The notes under the pieces were generated by a model. The model was given only the letters and a program-made list of their open reading frames with translations. It made no database searches and was not told the origin of the DNA. A DNA stretch of 64,000 nt from an uncultured Rhodobacteraceae bacterium. Lineage in GTDB: Bacteria > Pseudomonadota > Alphaproteobacteria > Rhodobacterales > Rhodobacteraceae. The stretch spans positions 198,208 through 262,207 of the forward strand of contig CANMEQ010000001.1 in assembly GCA_947497065.1 (NCBI GenBank), written 5' to 3'. The stretch's first letter is position 1. Every line of letters starts with the position of its first letter. Shown piece by piece: positions 54,071 through 63,383 of this stretch. Position numbers and translations under genes: made by a program.

Positions 54071-55237
54071 ATGGCTACGATTACCGGAACTTCAAATTCA
54101 GATACGCTGGTCGGTGGTACTGATGATGATGTGATCAGTGGCTTGAACGGGCAAGACAGCCTGTCCGGTGGTGACGGCAATGACACGCTGTATGGTGGCG
54201 AAGGGAACGACACGGTTGAAGGGGGTGACGGGGACGACTCTATCGAGGGTGGGTCCGGTCAGGATATCCTCTATGGCGGTGACGGGGATGATACGATTTC
54301 CGACGATGAGGGAACGCAAAACCTCGGCCAAGACACGGTGTACGGCGGTGCGGGCAACGATACGATTTCGCTGAGCGGGAATGGCGATACTGCCTATGGC
54401 GGTACAGGAGACGATCTGTTCAACATCCTGACGTTTTCCAACTTTAATGGTCTGACGATTGATGGCGATGAAGACAGTGATGGCAATGACAACGATGTCA
54501 TCAATTTTGCGGCCTTGTATCAAAAATTTCCTGATCTTCAGATTATTTACGAAAGCCAAAGTGCCGATGGTGAAGACGGGCGTATCCTGATCAAGACGGC
54601 CCCGAACGGGCGAGAGCTTGGTCGTTTGAACTATTCGAACATTGAAAACATCATTTGTTTTACGCCGGGCACCTTGATTGCCACACCGATGGGCGAAGTG
54701 CCGGTTGAAAGTTTGCGCGAAGGGGACAAGGTGTTCACCCGCGATAATGGCATTCAGGAATTGGCTTGGATTGGCCGCCGTAACTTGAGCCGGTTTGACC
54801 TTGAAGCCACGCCGGAATTCCAACCTGTTTTGGTTAAGGCGGGATCTTTGGGCGCTGGGTTGCCGGAGCGGGATTTGCTGCTGTCGCCAAACCACCGGTT
54901 GTTGATGACGGGCGAGCGGGCATCGCTTTATTTTGAAGAGACAGAAGTACTGTCTGCGGCGAAACACTTGGTCGATATGGATGGTGTGGCGCAGGTTCAG
55001 ACGCAATCGGTGAGCTATATTCACCTGCTGTTTGAACGCCACGAGGTGATTTTGTCCAACGGTACGTGGACGGAAACGTTCCAGCCGAGCGATCATTCGT
55101 TGAAGGGCGTTTTGGATGAGCAGCGCCGTGAAATCCTTTCGTTGTTTCCAGAGCTTTCTACGCTTGGGAGCAAAGACGGATGGCCTGCGGCACGCAAAGT
55201 GCTGAAGAGCCATGAGGCCAAACTGCTTACGGTTTAA
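54071..55237 (+). CDS. Short RTX-repeat protein with C-terminal Hint (BIL) domain
   Basis: MATITGTSNSDTLVGG.., about 10 GGxGxD repeats, CFTPGT at 54656, SPNHR, YIHLLFERHE, NGTWTETF; GAGGA SD. Confidence 0.92.
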   Translation: MATITGTSNSDTLVGGTDDDVISGLNGQDSLSGGDGNDTLYGGEGNDTVEGGDGDDSIEGGSGQDILYGGDGDDTISDDEGTQNLGQDTVYGGAGNDTISLSGNGDTAYGGTGDDLFNILTFSNFNGLTIDGDEDSDGNDNDVINFAALYQKFPDLQIIYESQSADGEDGRILIKTAPNGRELGRLNYSNIENIICFTPGTLIATPMGEVPVESLREGDKVFTRDNGIQELAWIGRRNLSRFDLEATPEFQPVLVKAGSLGAGLPERDLLLSPNHRLLMTGERASLYFEETEVLSAAKHLVDMDGVAQVQTQSVSYIHLLFERHEVILSNGTWTETFQPSDHSLKGVLDEQRREILSLFPELSTLGSKDGWPAARKVLKSHEAKLLTV

Positions 55238-55814
55238 GGGTTTTCCTGTAGGAATCCCAGTCTTCGGGCGTGTCTAGATCTAGGCGCGCCCGTTGTCCGT
55301 TGAGGGGGAAGAACGTTGTTTCGGCGGCGTGGTTTTGGCAGATTTCGAAGGCCCCGCGATCACCGCTAAGTTGGTCGAACTGGGCGAACAGGTGGCGTGC
55401 AAAATAGATGGGGTGACCAGGTTTGCCGTCGTCCGTGGTGGCGCGCAGGAGTGTAGGGCTGTCGCTTTGGGCCAGCCCGTGAATTTGGGCGAGATCGTTT
55501 TGGGTGATGTCTGGCATATCGGCGGGCAGGATGATGACGCCAGTTGCGGTTTCGGGCAGGGCCTGAATACCGGCGCGCAGGCTGAAGGCCATGCCGCGAT
55601 CTGCATTGGGCACCGCTATGGAGTGTGCGCTTTCTGGCAGGCATGAGCGGCGGGTGTGCGTGAGGCTGGGCAGGGTGACGAAGGTCGGGGCCACGGCCAC
55701 GGCGGACGTTGCCAATCGTTGGAGGATGGGCACGCCGTCTATGGGCTCAAGGAGTTTATCTGCGCCCCGCATCCGCGAAGATCGCCCTGCAGCGAGGAGG
55801 AGAATGGGGATCAT
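55227..55814 (-). CDS. MocA/MobA-like nucleotidyltransferase (NTP_transf_3)
   Basis: LLLAAGRSSRMRGADKLL, GMAFSL, PADMP, GHPIYF, GDRGA, DLDTPED. Confidence 0.88.
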   Translation of the reverse strand: MIPILLLAAGRSSRMRGADKLLEPIDGVPILQRLATSAVAVAPTFVTLPSLTHTRRSCLPESAHSIAVPNADRGMAFSLRAGIQALPETATGVIILPADMPDITQNDLAQIHGLAQSDSPTLLRATTDDGKPGHPIYFARHLFAQFDQLSGDRGAFEICQNHAAETTFFPLNGQRARLDLDTPEDWDSYRKTLKP

Positions 55815-55882
55815 TGGACTGAAACCCGTTTTGAGTGTGCGGGCCTGATGGCTTTGTGCAGATCAGACCCGCGCATCTGTTT

Positions 55883-56440
55883 TTATGGAATGATACGCGT
55901 GTATTTCGTGCCTTCGATGGTCGCGCCCGCACGGAAGCCGGCTTGGGCGAAGACAACCGCAATGACGGGGGCCAATGAGGTTGTCGTTTCTGCGCGCAGG
56001 GTTTCGCCTGAATCGCTGAGGGCATATTCGATGTCCGCGCCTGCAGCCCAACCGGAGGACCGGCGGAAGTCGAGGAGCGCCTCTTGCGTCATGAAGAACA
56101 AAACGGTCGAGAATTGCTGGCCACCGATTTGCAGGCCCGCGCTGGCCGCTGTGGATGAGTAATAATCCACTGTGCTGTCGCCGATGCGCAGGGCGCCACG
56201 GCCGAACGAGCCGCCGATGCCGAGGCCCGCTTCGGTGATGACCGGCATCACCAACATGCCGCTGGCTTTGCCCGCCAAGTCGCGGGTGCCGGGGTAGGAA
56301 TTGTACATGAAATTAAGCGTGCTATCGACGCGCGCGTCGATGGTTGCCGCGCCGTTGCCGCCGATGCCATTGCCGCATGCGGACAGGGTTGTGGTTGCCA
56401 GCGCAGAGAGCGCAAAATTGCGTCTTGAAAGAAGGGTCAT
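55883..56440 (-). CDS. Tat-exported lipoprotein with SYLF/Ysc84-like domain
   Basis: SRRNF Tat motif plus LSAC lipobox; GLGIGGSFGRG, ASAGLQIGGQQ, W.AG.D, AGATIEGTKYTR. Confidence 0.8.
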   Translation of the reverse strand: MTLLSRRNFALSALATTTLSACGNGIGGNGAATIDARVDSTLNFMYNSYPGTRDLAGKASGMLVMPVITEAGLGIGGSFGRGALRIGDSTVDYYSSTAASAGLQIGGQQFSTVLFFMTQEALLDFRRSSGWAAGADIEYALSDSGETLRAETTTSLAPVIAVVFAQAGFRAGATIEGTKYTRIIP

Positions 56441-56548
56441 AACTGCCTCGTGCCTATAGGGTCGGGGTTGGTCCCCGTTATATGCCCATGACTATAGGCG
56501 GTATTGTACTGTGTGTCAGCAGCTATATGCAGGTGGGCGAAAATCGGA

Positions 56549-56974
56549 CTATTCGGCTGTTTCGGTCTTTGGAGCGGAGAGCGGCTCTACGAGGGCGATG
56601 AAGTTTCCGCAGGTGTCGTCGAAGATGGCCATTTTGGCAGGGCCCATGTTTTGCACGGGGCCTGTGAAGGTTAGGCCTGCAGTGATGAGGCGTTCGTATT
56701 CGGCGTCGATGTCATCAACGTCGAGTTGCGTAAAAGGAAGTCCGTCTTTGCGTAGGCTTTCCTTGAAGGCTTTCATTGCGGGATAGTCTGCGTTGGGTTC
56801 GAGGAGGAGCTCGACGCCGTTTGGGTCATCTGGTGCCGTCAGCGTCAGCCAGCGGGCGCCGTTGCCCATGTCGATGTCGTGTTTGACGGCGAAGCCCAAA
56901 ATATCACGATAGACGGAGAGCGCGTGGTCTTGGTCTCCGACGGAGATGGAGGTGAGGGTGACGCGGATGGTCAT
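56549..56974 (-). CDS. VOC/glyoxalase-family protein
   Basis: VGDQDHALSVYRDILGF, RWLTL, ELLLEP, DVDDIDAEYERL, FDDTCGN. Confidence 0.9.
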   Translation of the reverse strand: MTIRVTLTSISVGDQDHALSVYRDILGFAVKHDIDMGNGARWLTLTAPDDPNGVELLLEPNADYPAMKAFKESLRKDGLPFTQLDVDDIDAEYERLITAGLTFTGPVQNMGPAKMAIFDDTCGNFIALVEPLSAPKTETAE

Positions 56975-57963
56975 GCGCCTAAGGCTTTGGCGGCGGCGGG
57001 GGCGAAATAGGTTAGGATGCCGTCGCAGCCCGCCCGTTTGAAGCCCATGAGGGATTCGAGCATGACTTTATCATGGTCGAGCCAGCCGTTTTGAGCGGCG
57101 GCTTGGATCATCGCGTATTCGCCGGACACTTGGTAGGCGAAGGTGGGCACGCCGAATTCGGATTTTACGCGCCGCACGATGTCGAGGTAGGGCATGCCCG
57201 GTTTGACCATGACCATATCCGCCCCTTCGGAGAGGTCGCGTTCGACCAGTCGCATGGCTTCGTCTGAATTCGCGGGATCCATTTGGTAGGTGTTTTTATC
57301 CCCGGTGAGGGCCGATGAGGCGCCAACGGCATCGCGGAAGGGGCCGTAGAAGGCGGAGGCGTATTTGGCCGTGTAGCTGAGGATCGTGACATGGCTGTGG
57401 TTTGAAGTTTCCAGCGCTGTGCGAATGGCGCCGATGCGGCCATCCATCATGTCCGACGGGCCGAGGATATCGGCGCCGCACTCCGCTTGCGTCAGGGCCA
57501 TTTTTACCAGAGCCTCGATGGTGCGGTCGTTCACGATCTCGCCGTTTTCAACGAAGCCGTCGTGGCCGTTGATGTTGTAGGGGTCGAGCGCGATGTCGGT
57601 CATGACTGCGATTTCGGGGCAGGCGGATTTGATTTCGCGGATCGCGCGGTTGGCGATATTGTCAGGGGACCACGCCAGAGCGCAGTCTTCGGTGCGGGCG
57701 TCCATGCCTGTGTAGGGAAAAACGCAGATCGCAGGGATGCCCAAGGCGTAGGCGTCTTTAGCGGCTTTGCCCACGCGGTCGACCGTTATGCGGGAGACGC
57801 CGGGCATAGAGGCCACGGGCTCTGCGGTGTCTGTCCCCTCCATCACGAAGATCGGCCAGATGAAATCTGCTGGTGTGAGGGTGTTTTCGCGGACCATAGC
57901 ACGCAGGGCTGGCGTGCGGCGCAGGCGGCGCAGGCGGGTGTTTGGAAACGGGGGCAGGGTCAT
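56971..57963 (-). CDS. hemB: Porphobilinogen synthase
   Basis: RLRRLR, DIALDPY..GHDG, PSDMMDGR, KYAS.FYGPFRDA, YQMDPAN, MVKPG.PYLD, YQVSGEY. Confidence 0.97.
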   Translation of the reverse strand: MTLPPFPNTRLRRLRRTPALRAMVRENTLTPADFIWPIFVMEGTDTAEPVASMPGVSRITVDRVGKAAKDAYALGIPAICVFPYTGMDARTEDCALAWSPDNIANRAIREIKSACPEIAVMTDIALDPYNINGHDGFVENGEIVNDRTIEALVKMALTQAECGADILGPSDMMDGRIGAIRTALETSNHSHVTILSYTAKYASAFYGPFRDAVGASSALTGDKNTYQMDPANSDEAMRLVERDLSEGADMVMVKPGMPYLDIVRRVKSEFGVPTFAYQVSGEYAMIQAAAQNGWLDHDKVMLESLMGFKRAGCDGILTYFAPAAAKALGA

Positions 57964-58081
57964 AAAGCGGGCCTTTCTCATCACACCCGAGTGCTGACAT
58001 GGAAATAGGTTTATCACAAGTCTGGGCTTTGTCGCATTGCAGCGCTAGATTGCGGAAAAACAATCACAGGCTGCCCTTCTC

Positions 58082-58606
58082 GTGAACTGGACAACAATCT
58101 TATTCGAAGTCATCGATATGCGAAGCTTTTCCAATCTTTGGTATTGGATTGCTCTCGCGGTCGTGTGGTCGACGGTCAGTCACTGGGTGATGGGTGTGCC
58201 GTTTGACATGATCCAGCGGGCGCGCAAGCGAGGCGGGCAGGCGGAGATTGATCTGCACGATATGGTACGCATCAACGTGAACCGGCTGTTGTATATCGGG
58301 CAAATCGCGGGGCTGGTTTTGCTGGGTTTGGTGACGGGCGTGCTGACATCGCTGGCGATTTTGGCGTTTTGGTACCGCGTGGAATTTGCCCAGGCCGTGT
58401 TTTTGTTGGCGTTTCCGCTGACGGTGGTGGGCGCGCTGAGCCTGTCTACCGCGTTGGTGATTTCCCGTGACAATCCTCAGGGCGATGCGCTGTATGCGCG
58501 GCTGATCAAGCATCGGGTTATCACGCAGTTTATTGGTATGCTGTCGATTTTTGTGACCGCGATGTTTGGCATGTATCAAAACCTGGCGGTCTTTCCTGGC
58601 TTCTGA
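58082..58606 (+). CDS. Conserved multi-pass membrane protein of unknown function (GTG start)
   Basis: IDMRSFSNLWYWI, four or five hydrophobic segments; fills the gap between hemB and mfd. Confidence 0.75.
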   Translation: MNWTTILFEVIDMRSFSNLWYWIALAVVWSTVSHWVMGVPFDMIQRARKRGGQAEIDLHDMVRINVNRLLYIGQIAGLVLLGLVTGVLTSLAILAFWYRVEFAQAVFLLAFPLTVVGALSLSTALVISRDNPQGDALYARLIKHRVITQFIGMLSIFVTAMFGMYQNLAVFPGF

Positions 58607-58652
58607 GCTGTGAGTGGTTGACATAGGGCCTACGCGGAGTAGGTCCGGTGGC

Positions 58653-61600
58653 ATGACACTTTCTAAGCATATTACCGTATCTGGCGCGCCCGAAGGGTTT
58701 GACGCACGTTTGATCTTGGCTGAGGCTGAAAAAGGCCCTGTGGTTCATGTGTGCCGTGATGACAAACGGCTGGAGGCCACGCGGGCCGCATTGGCGTTTT
58801 TTGCGCCTGATATGCCAGTTGTTGTGTTTCCCGGTTGGGATTGTTTGCCGTATGATCGTGTGTCGCCCAATGCGGATGTTTCGGCCGCGCGGATGGCGGT
58901 TTTGGCGGGGCTGGCCCATGGGATGCCGCCCAAGTTTGTTTTGTTGACCACATTGAATGCCGCGACGCAAAAGGTGCCTGCGCGTGCCGTTCTGCGCGAG
59001 GCTGCGTTTTCTGCGCAGGTTGGTGGCCGTGTGGATGAGGCCGCGTTGCGAGCGTTTTTGGTGCGCATGGGGTTCACCCAAGCCCCAACGGTGACGGAAC
59101 CCGGTGATTACGCTGTGCGCGGTGGGATCATTGATATTTTCCCACCCGGTCAGGCGGGGCCCGTGCGGTTGGATTTGTTTGGGGATGATCTGGATGGCGC
59201 GCGCCGCTTTGATCCGGCCACGCAGCGAACCACGGAAAAGTTGGACGTTGTTGAATTGGCCCCAGTGTCCGAGGTGATTTTGGACGAGGCTGCGATCACG
59301 CGGTTTCGGCAGGCGTATCGTTTGGAATTCGGGGCGGCTGGGTCGGATGATCCGTTGTATGAGGCTGTGTCAGCGGGCAAGAAACATGCCGGTATTGAAC
59401 ATTGGTTGGGGTTTTTCCACGAACGCCTAGAGACGTTGTTTGACTATTTGCCCGAGGCGACCGTCACGTTGGACGATCAAAACGCGGCGCAGCGTCAGGC
59501 GCGGTGGGACAGTATTGCCGATCAATATGATGCGCGCCGCGAGGCTATGCTGGCCAAGGGGCGGATGGACAGTGTGTATAAGCCTGCGCCGCCAACAGGG
59601 TTGTATTTGGATGACGCTGCTTGGGCGGCGGCGATCGCGCCGTTGCGGGTGCTGCAATTTGCGGCGTTGCCGCAGGCGACGGGCATGGGTGTTACGGATG
59701 CAGGTGGGCGCATTGGGCGCGACTTTGCACCGGAGCGCCAGCAAGAAAGCATCAGCCTTTTCGGGGCTTTGGCATCGCATCTTAAAGCAAAGCTTGAAGG
59801 TGGTCCGGTTGTTGTCGCGTCATATTCTGATGGCGCGCGGGAACGTCTGATGGGGTTGATTGAGGACGAAGGTGTGGGCGAGGCCATACCGGTGTCCGAT
59901 TTCACCCGCGTTGGCAAAACGGGGCTGCATTTGGCGGTTTGGCCGTTGGAACACGGGTTTGAAAGTAAAGATCTGACGGTCGTGTCCGAGCAGGATGTTT
60001 TGGGGGATCGGTTGATCCGCCAGACAAAGCGTAAGAAGCGGGCGGATAATTTCCTGACGGAAACCCAAAGCCTGACGCCCGGTGATCTGGTCGTACACGT
60101 TGATCACGGCGTGGGCCGCTATCACGGGCTAGAGGTGGTGACCGCTGCCGGTGCTGCGCATGAGTGTTTGTTGCTGGAATACGCCGAACAATCAAAGCTT
60201 TACCTGCCTGTTGAGAACATCGAGCTGCTGTCGCGGTTCGGACATGAGGTGGGGCTGCTTGATAAATTGGGGGGCGGTGCGTGGCAGGCCAAGAAGGCCA
60301 AGCTGAAGGAACGCATCCGCGAGATGGCGGAGAAGTTGATCCGCGTGGCGGCGGAACGGGCCTTGCGCACGGCGCCGGCGCTGACGCCGCCGGACGGGAT
60401 GTGGGACCAGTTCTTGGCGCGGTTCCCCTATGCGGAAACCGACGATCAGCTGCAGGCGATTTCGGATGTGTTGGACGATATGGGATCGGGCCAGCCGATG
60501 GACCGTTTGGTGTGCGGGGATGTTGGGTTCGGAAAAACCGAAGTGGCCATTCGCGCGGCGTTTGTCGCGGCGATGTCTGGGGTGCAGGTGGCGATTATTG
60601 CGCCAACCACATTGTTGGCGCGCCAGCACTACAAGAATTTCGCAGAACGGTTTCGTGGATTTCCCATTAATGTCAGGCCGTTGTCGCGCTTTGTGAGCAC
60701 AAAAGAAGCGGCTGCAACGCGCGAGGGCTTGGCCAAGGGCGATGTGGATATTGTGATCGGCACCCATGCGCTGCTGGCGAAATCGATCCGGTTCAAGAAC
60801 CTTGGGTTTATCGTGATTGACGAGGAACAGCATTTCGGGGTGCAGCACAAAGAGCGCCTGAAACAGATGCGGACCGATTTGCATGTGCTAACGCTGACGG
60901 CGACGCCAATTCCACGGACGTTGCAATTGTCGCTGTCGGGCGTGCGTGAGCTGTCGATCATCGGGACGCCACCGGTGGACCGGTTGGCGATCCGCACCTA
61001 TGTGAGCGAGTTTGACACGGTGACGATCCGTGAGGCGCTGTTGCGCGAGCATTACCGTGGCGGGCAGTCGTTCTTTGTGGTGCCGCGTGTGTCTGATTTG
61101 GCGGATATTGAAGCGTTTCTGAAGGCTGAGGTGCCCGAGGTGTCTTTCGTGACGGCCAATGGCCAGATGGCGGCGGGCGAGTTGGATGACCGCATGAATG
61201 CGTTTTACGATGGCAAATATGATGTGCTGTTGGCGACGACGATTGTGGAGTCGGGCTTGGATATTCCGACGGCCAACACAATGATTGTGCACCGTGCGGA
61301 TATGTTTGGTTTGGCACAGCTTTACCAAATTCGTGGGCGTGTTGGGCGCAGCAAGACGCGGGCCTATGCCTATTTGACCTATAAGCCAAAGTTGAAGCTG
61401 ACGCCGCAGGCGGAAAAACGGCTGCGCGTTTTGGGGTCGATCGACAGTTTGGGGGCCGGATTTACCCTGGCGTCGCAGGATTTGGATATTCGCGGGGCAG
61501 GCAACCTGTTGGGCGAGGAACAATCGGGCCAGATGCGCGAGGTTGGTTATGAATTGTACCAATCCATGCTGGAAGAGCAGATTGCCAAGATCAAATCTGG

Positions 61601-62102
61601 CGAGGTGACATTGGTTGAGGATGGCCAATGGGCGCCGCAGATCAACCTTGGGGTGCCTGTGTTGATCCCGGAAGATTATGTACCTGATTTGGATGTGCGT
61701 TTGGGTCTCTACCGTCGCTTGTCTGACCTGACGACCAAGGTTGAATTGGAAGGATTTGCCGCCGAGTTGATTGACCGGTTCGGGAAATTGCCCAAGGAGG
61801 TCAACACGTTGATGTTGGTCATTCGGATTAAAGCCATGTGTAAACGGGCTGGCATCAGCCAATTGGACGGTGGCCCGAAAGGCGCTGTGATCCGGTTCCA
61901 CAATGATAAGTTTGCCTCGCCCACAGGGTTGGTCGATTTCATCGAGGATCAACGCGGGTTGGCCAAAGTGAAGGACAACAAGATCGTGGTGCGCCGCGAT
62001 TGGGGCAGCGACCGCGAGAAAATCCAAGGCGCGTTCAATATTGCCCGTGATTTGGCCGCCAAGGTGAAGGCCGCCAAGAAGGCCGCAGCGACGAAGGGCT
62101 AG
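58653..62102 (+). CDS. mfd: Transcription-repair coupling factor
   Basis: WDCLPYDR, RGGIIDIF, VVHVDHGVGRY (CarD-like), CGDVGFGKTEVA, IDEEQHFG, QIRGRVGRS, DLDIRGAG. Confidence 0.97.
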   Translation: MTLSKHITVSGAPEGFDARLILAEAEKGPVVHVCRDDKRLEATRAALAFFAPDMPVVVFPGWDCLPYDRVSPNADVSAARMAVLAGLAHGMPPKFVLLTTLNAATQKVPARAVLREAAFSAQVGGRVDEAALRAFLVRMGFTQAPTVTEPGDYAVRGGIIDIFPPGQAGPVRLDLFGDDLDGARRFDPATQRTTEKLDVVELAPVSEVILDEAAITRFRQAYRLEFGAAGSDDPLYEAVSAGKKHAGIEHWLGFFHERLETLFDYLPEATVTLDDQNAAQRQARWDSIADQYDARREAMLAKGRMDSVYKPAPPTGLYLDDAAWAAAIAPLRVLQFAALPQATGMGVTDAGGRIGRDFAPERQQESISLFGALASHLKAKLEGGPVVVASYSDGARERLMGLIEDEGVGEAIPVSDFTRVGKTGLHLAVWPLEHGFESKDLTVVSEQDVLGDRLIRQTKRKKRADNFLTETQSLTPGDLVVHVDHGVGRYHGLEVVTAAGAAHECLLLEYAEQSKLYLPVENIELLSRFGHEVGLLDKLGGGAWQAKKAKLKERIREMAEKLIRVAAERALRTAPALTPPDGMWDQFLARFPYAETDDQLQAISDVLDDMGSGQPMDRLVCGDVGFGKTEVAIRAAFVAAMSGVQVAIIAPTTLLARQHYKNFAERFRGFPINVRPLSRFVSTKEAAATREGLAKGDVDIVIGTHALLAKSIRFKNLGFIVIDEEQHFGVQHKERLKQMRTDLHVLTLTATPIPRTLQLSLSGVRELSIIGTPPVDRLAIRTYVSEFDTVTIREALLREHYRGGQSFFVVPRVSDLADIEAFLKAEVPEVSFVTANGQMAAGELDDRMNAFYDGKYDVLLATTIVESGLDIPTANTMIVHRADMFGLAQLYQIRGRVGRSKTRAYAYLTYKPKLKLTPQAEKRLRVLGSIDSLGAGFTLASQDLDIRGAGNLLGEEQSGQMREVGYELYQSMLEEQIAKIKSGEVTLVEDGQWAPQINLGVPVLIPEDYVPDLDVRLGLYRRLSDLTTKVELEGFAAELIDRFGKLPKEVNTLMLVIRIKAMCKRAGISQLDGGPKGAVIRFHNDKFASPTGLVDFIEDQRGLAKVKDNKIVVRRDWGSDREKIQGAFNIARDLAAKVKAAKKAAATKG

Positions 62103-62105
62103 AGG

Positions 62106-63317
62106 TTAGCCTTCGTCGCTGTCGCGGCGGATTTTGCTGGTTAGCCAGAAGGCCAATACGGCGCAGATAAAGCAACCGATGGCCAGCGGAAATGGGGTTC
62201 CGTTGAAGCTGAGCCCGATGGGGACGGCGATGATCACGGCACCGATGGTGGAGATTGCTGTGATGATCGACGCGGCGGAGCCTGCGATGTGGCCCATGGG
62301 TTCGAGGGCGAGGGCATTCAGGTTGCCGATGGTCAACCCAGCTTGGAAGAAGACGGTTGTCGTCCACACAGCGTAGAACAGAAGTTCGATGTGGTTGGGC
62401 AGGTGCAACAGGTCGATCCCGATGATCAGCAGTGAGGCAATGGATTGGGCGAGAAACATCGCTTTGATGATTTTGCGCATGCCCAACCGGCCCACGAGCC
62501 GTGCGTTGACGACCGATGAGGTGGCCGCGAGGATCGCGATGCCGCCGAACCACAGGTGGAATGTGTCGCCTTGGCCATAGGTTTCGTCGAACACTTGTTG
62601 GGTGGAGCTGAGCACGGAAAAGAGCATGCCGAAGCTGAGGGTTTGCACGAAAATGGAAAGGCGCACGGTGGGGTGGGCGAAAACCTCTGCCGTGGCGGCG
62701 GCCAGTGCTTTGAAGGAAAGCGGGCGGCGGTTTTCGGGTTTGAGGGTTTCGGGCTGCCGCAGGGTGAGCCAGAGTGCGGCGAGCGAGGTGAAGCTTGCAA
62801 AGGCGATGAAGACCGCGCGCCAGCCCGCCAAATCAATGATAACCGCCCCAAGGCTGGGGGCCAATGCGGGCACCAGGGCGAAGACGAGCATCACGAAAGA
62901 CATGATGCGCGCCATGTCGCGGCCTGAATAGACGTCGCGGACCAACGCCATGGCCGCGACGCGGGGGGCGGCGGCGGCGAGGCCCATCAGGAACCGCGCG
63001 AGCAACATGGTTTGCAAGGTGGGCGCGATAAAGGCCAGCGCGCAGGCGGAGACGTAGAGCACCGCGCCGCAGACGATGACGGGCTTTCGTCCGAACCGGT
63101 CGGCCAGCGGGCCGGTGAAAAATGTGCCCAGCCCCATGCCCAGCACGAAGCTGGTGATGATCAATTGCGCAGCATTGAGATTGTTGGGCGTGAGGGCCGC
63201 GCCGATTTCGGGCAGGGCCGGCAACATCGCATCGATGGAAAAGGCCACGGTTGCGGCCAACATTGCGATAAGCGCCACGAATTCGGTTTGGTGCAGCGGT
63301 TTGGTCGGGCGGGTCAT
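62106..63317 (-). CDS. Bcr/CflA-family MFS drug-efflux transporter
   Basis: AFSIDAMLPALP, GPLADRFGRKP, ALVRDVY.GR.MA, LAPSLG, WR.VF, PETL. Confidence 0.92.
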   Translation of the reverse strand: MTRPTKPLHQTEFVALIAMLAATVAFSIDAMLPALPEIGAALTPNNLNAAQLIITSFVLGMGLGTFFTGPLADRFGRKPVIVCGAVLYVSACALAFIAPTLQTMLLARFLMGLAAAAPRVAAMALVRDVYSGRDMARIMSFVMLVFALVPALAPSLGAVIIDLAGWRAVFIAFASFTSLAALWLTLRQPETLKPENRRPLSFKALAAATAEVFAHPTVRLSIFVQTLSFGMLFSVLSSTQQVFDETYGQGDTFHLWFGGIAILAATSSVVNARLVGRLGMRKIIKAMFLAQSIASLLIIGIDLLHLPNHIELLFYAVWTTTVFFQAGLTIGNLNALALEPMGHIAGSAASIITAISTIGAVIIAVPIGLSFNGTPFPLAIGCFICAVLAFWLTSKIRRDSDEG

Positions 63318-63383
63318 ATATGCGGAGTCCAGAAATGTTTCGCGGCCGCAAATGTGCGGCCGCAGATGTAAACGCATGTCGTA

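Noticed and set aside
43803-55237. Genomic island integrated at tRNA-Leu carrying the two Hint genes
   Set aside because: There is no integrase or transposase, and I found no duplicate of the tRNA 3' end at the distal boundary. Horizontal origin is not excluded but is unsupported.
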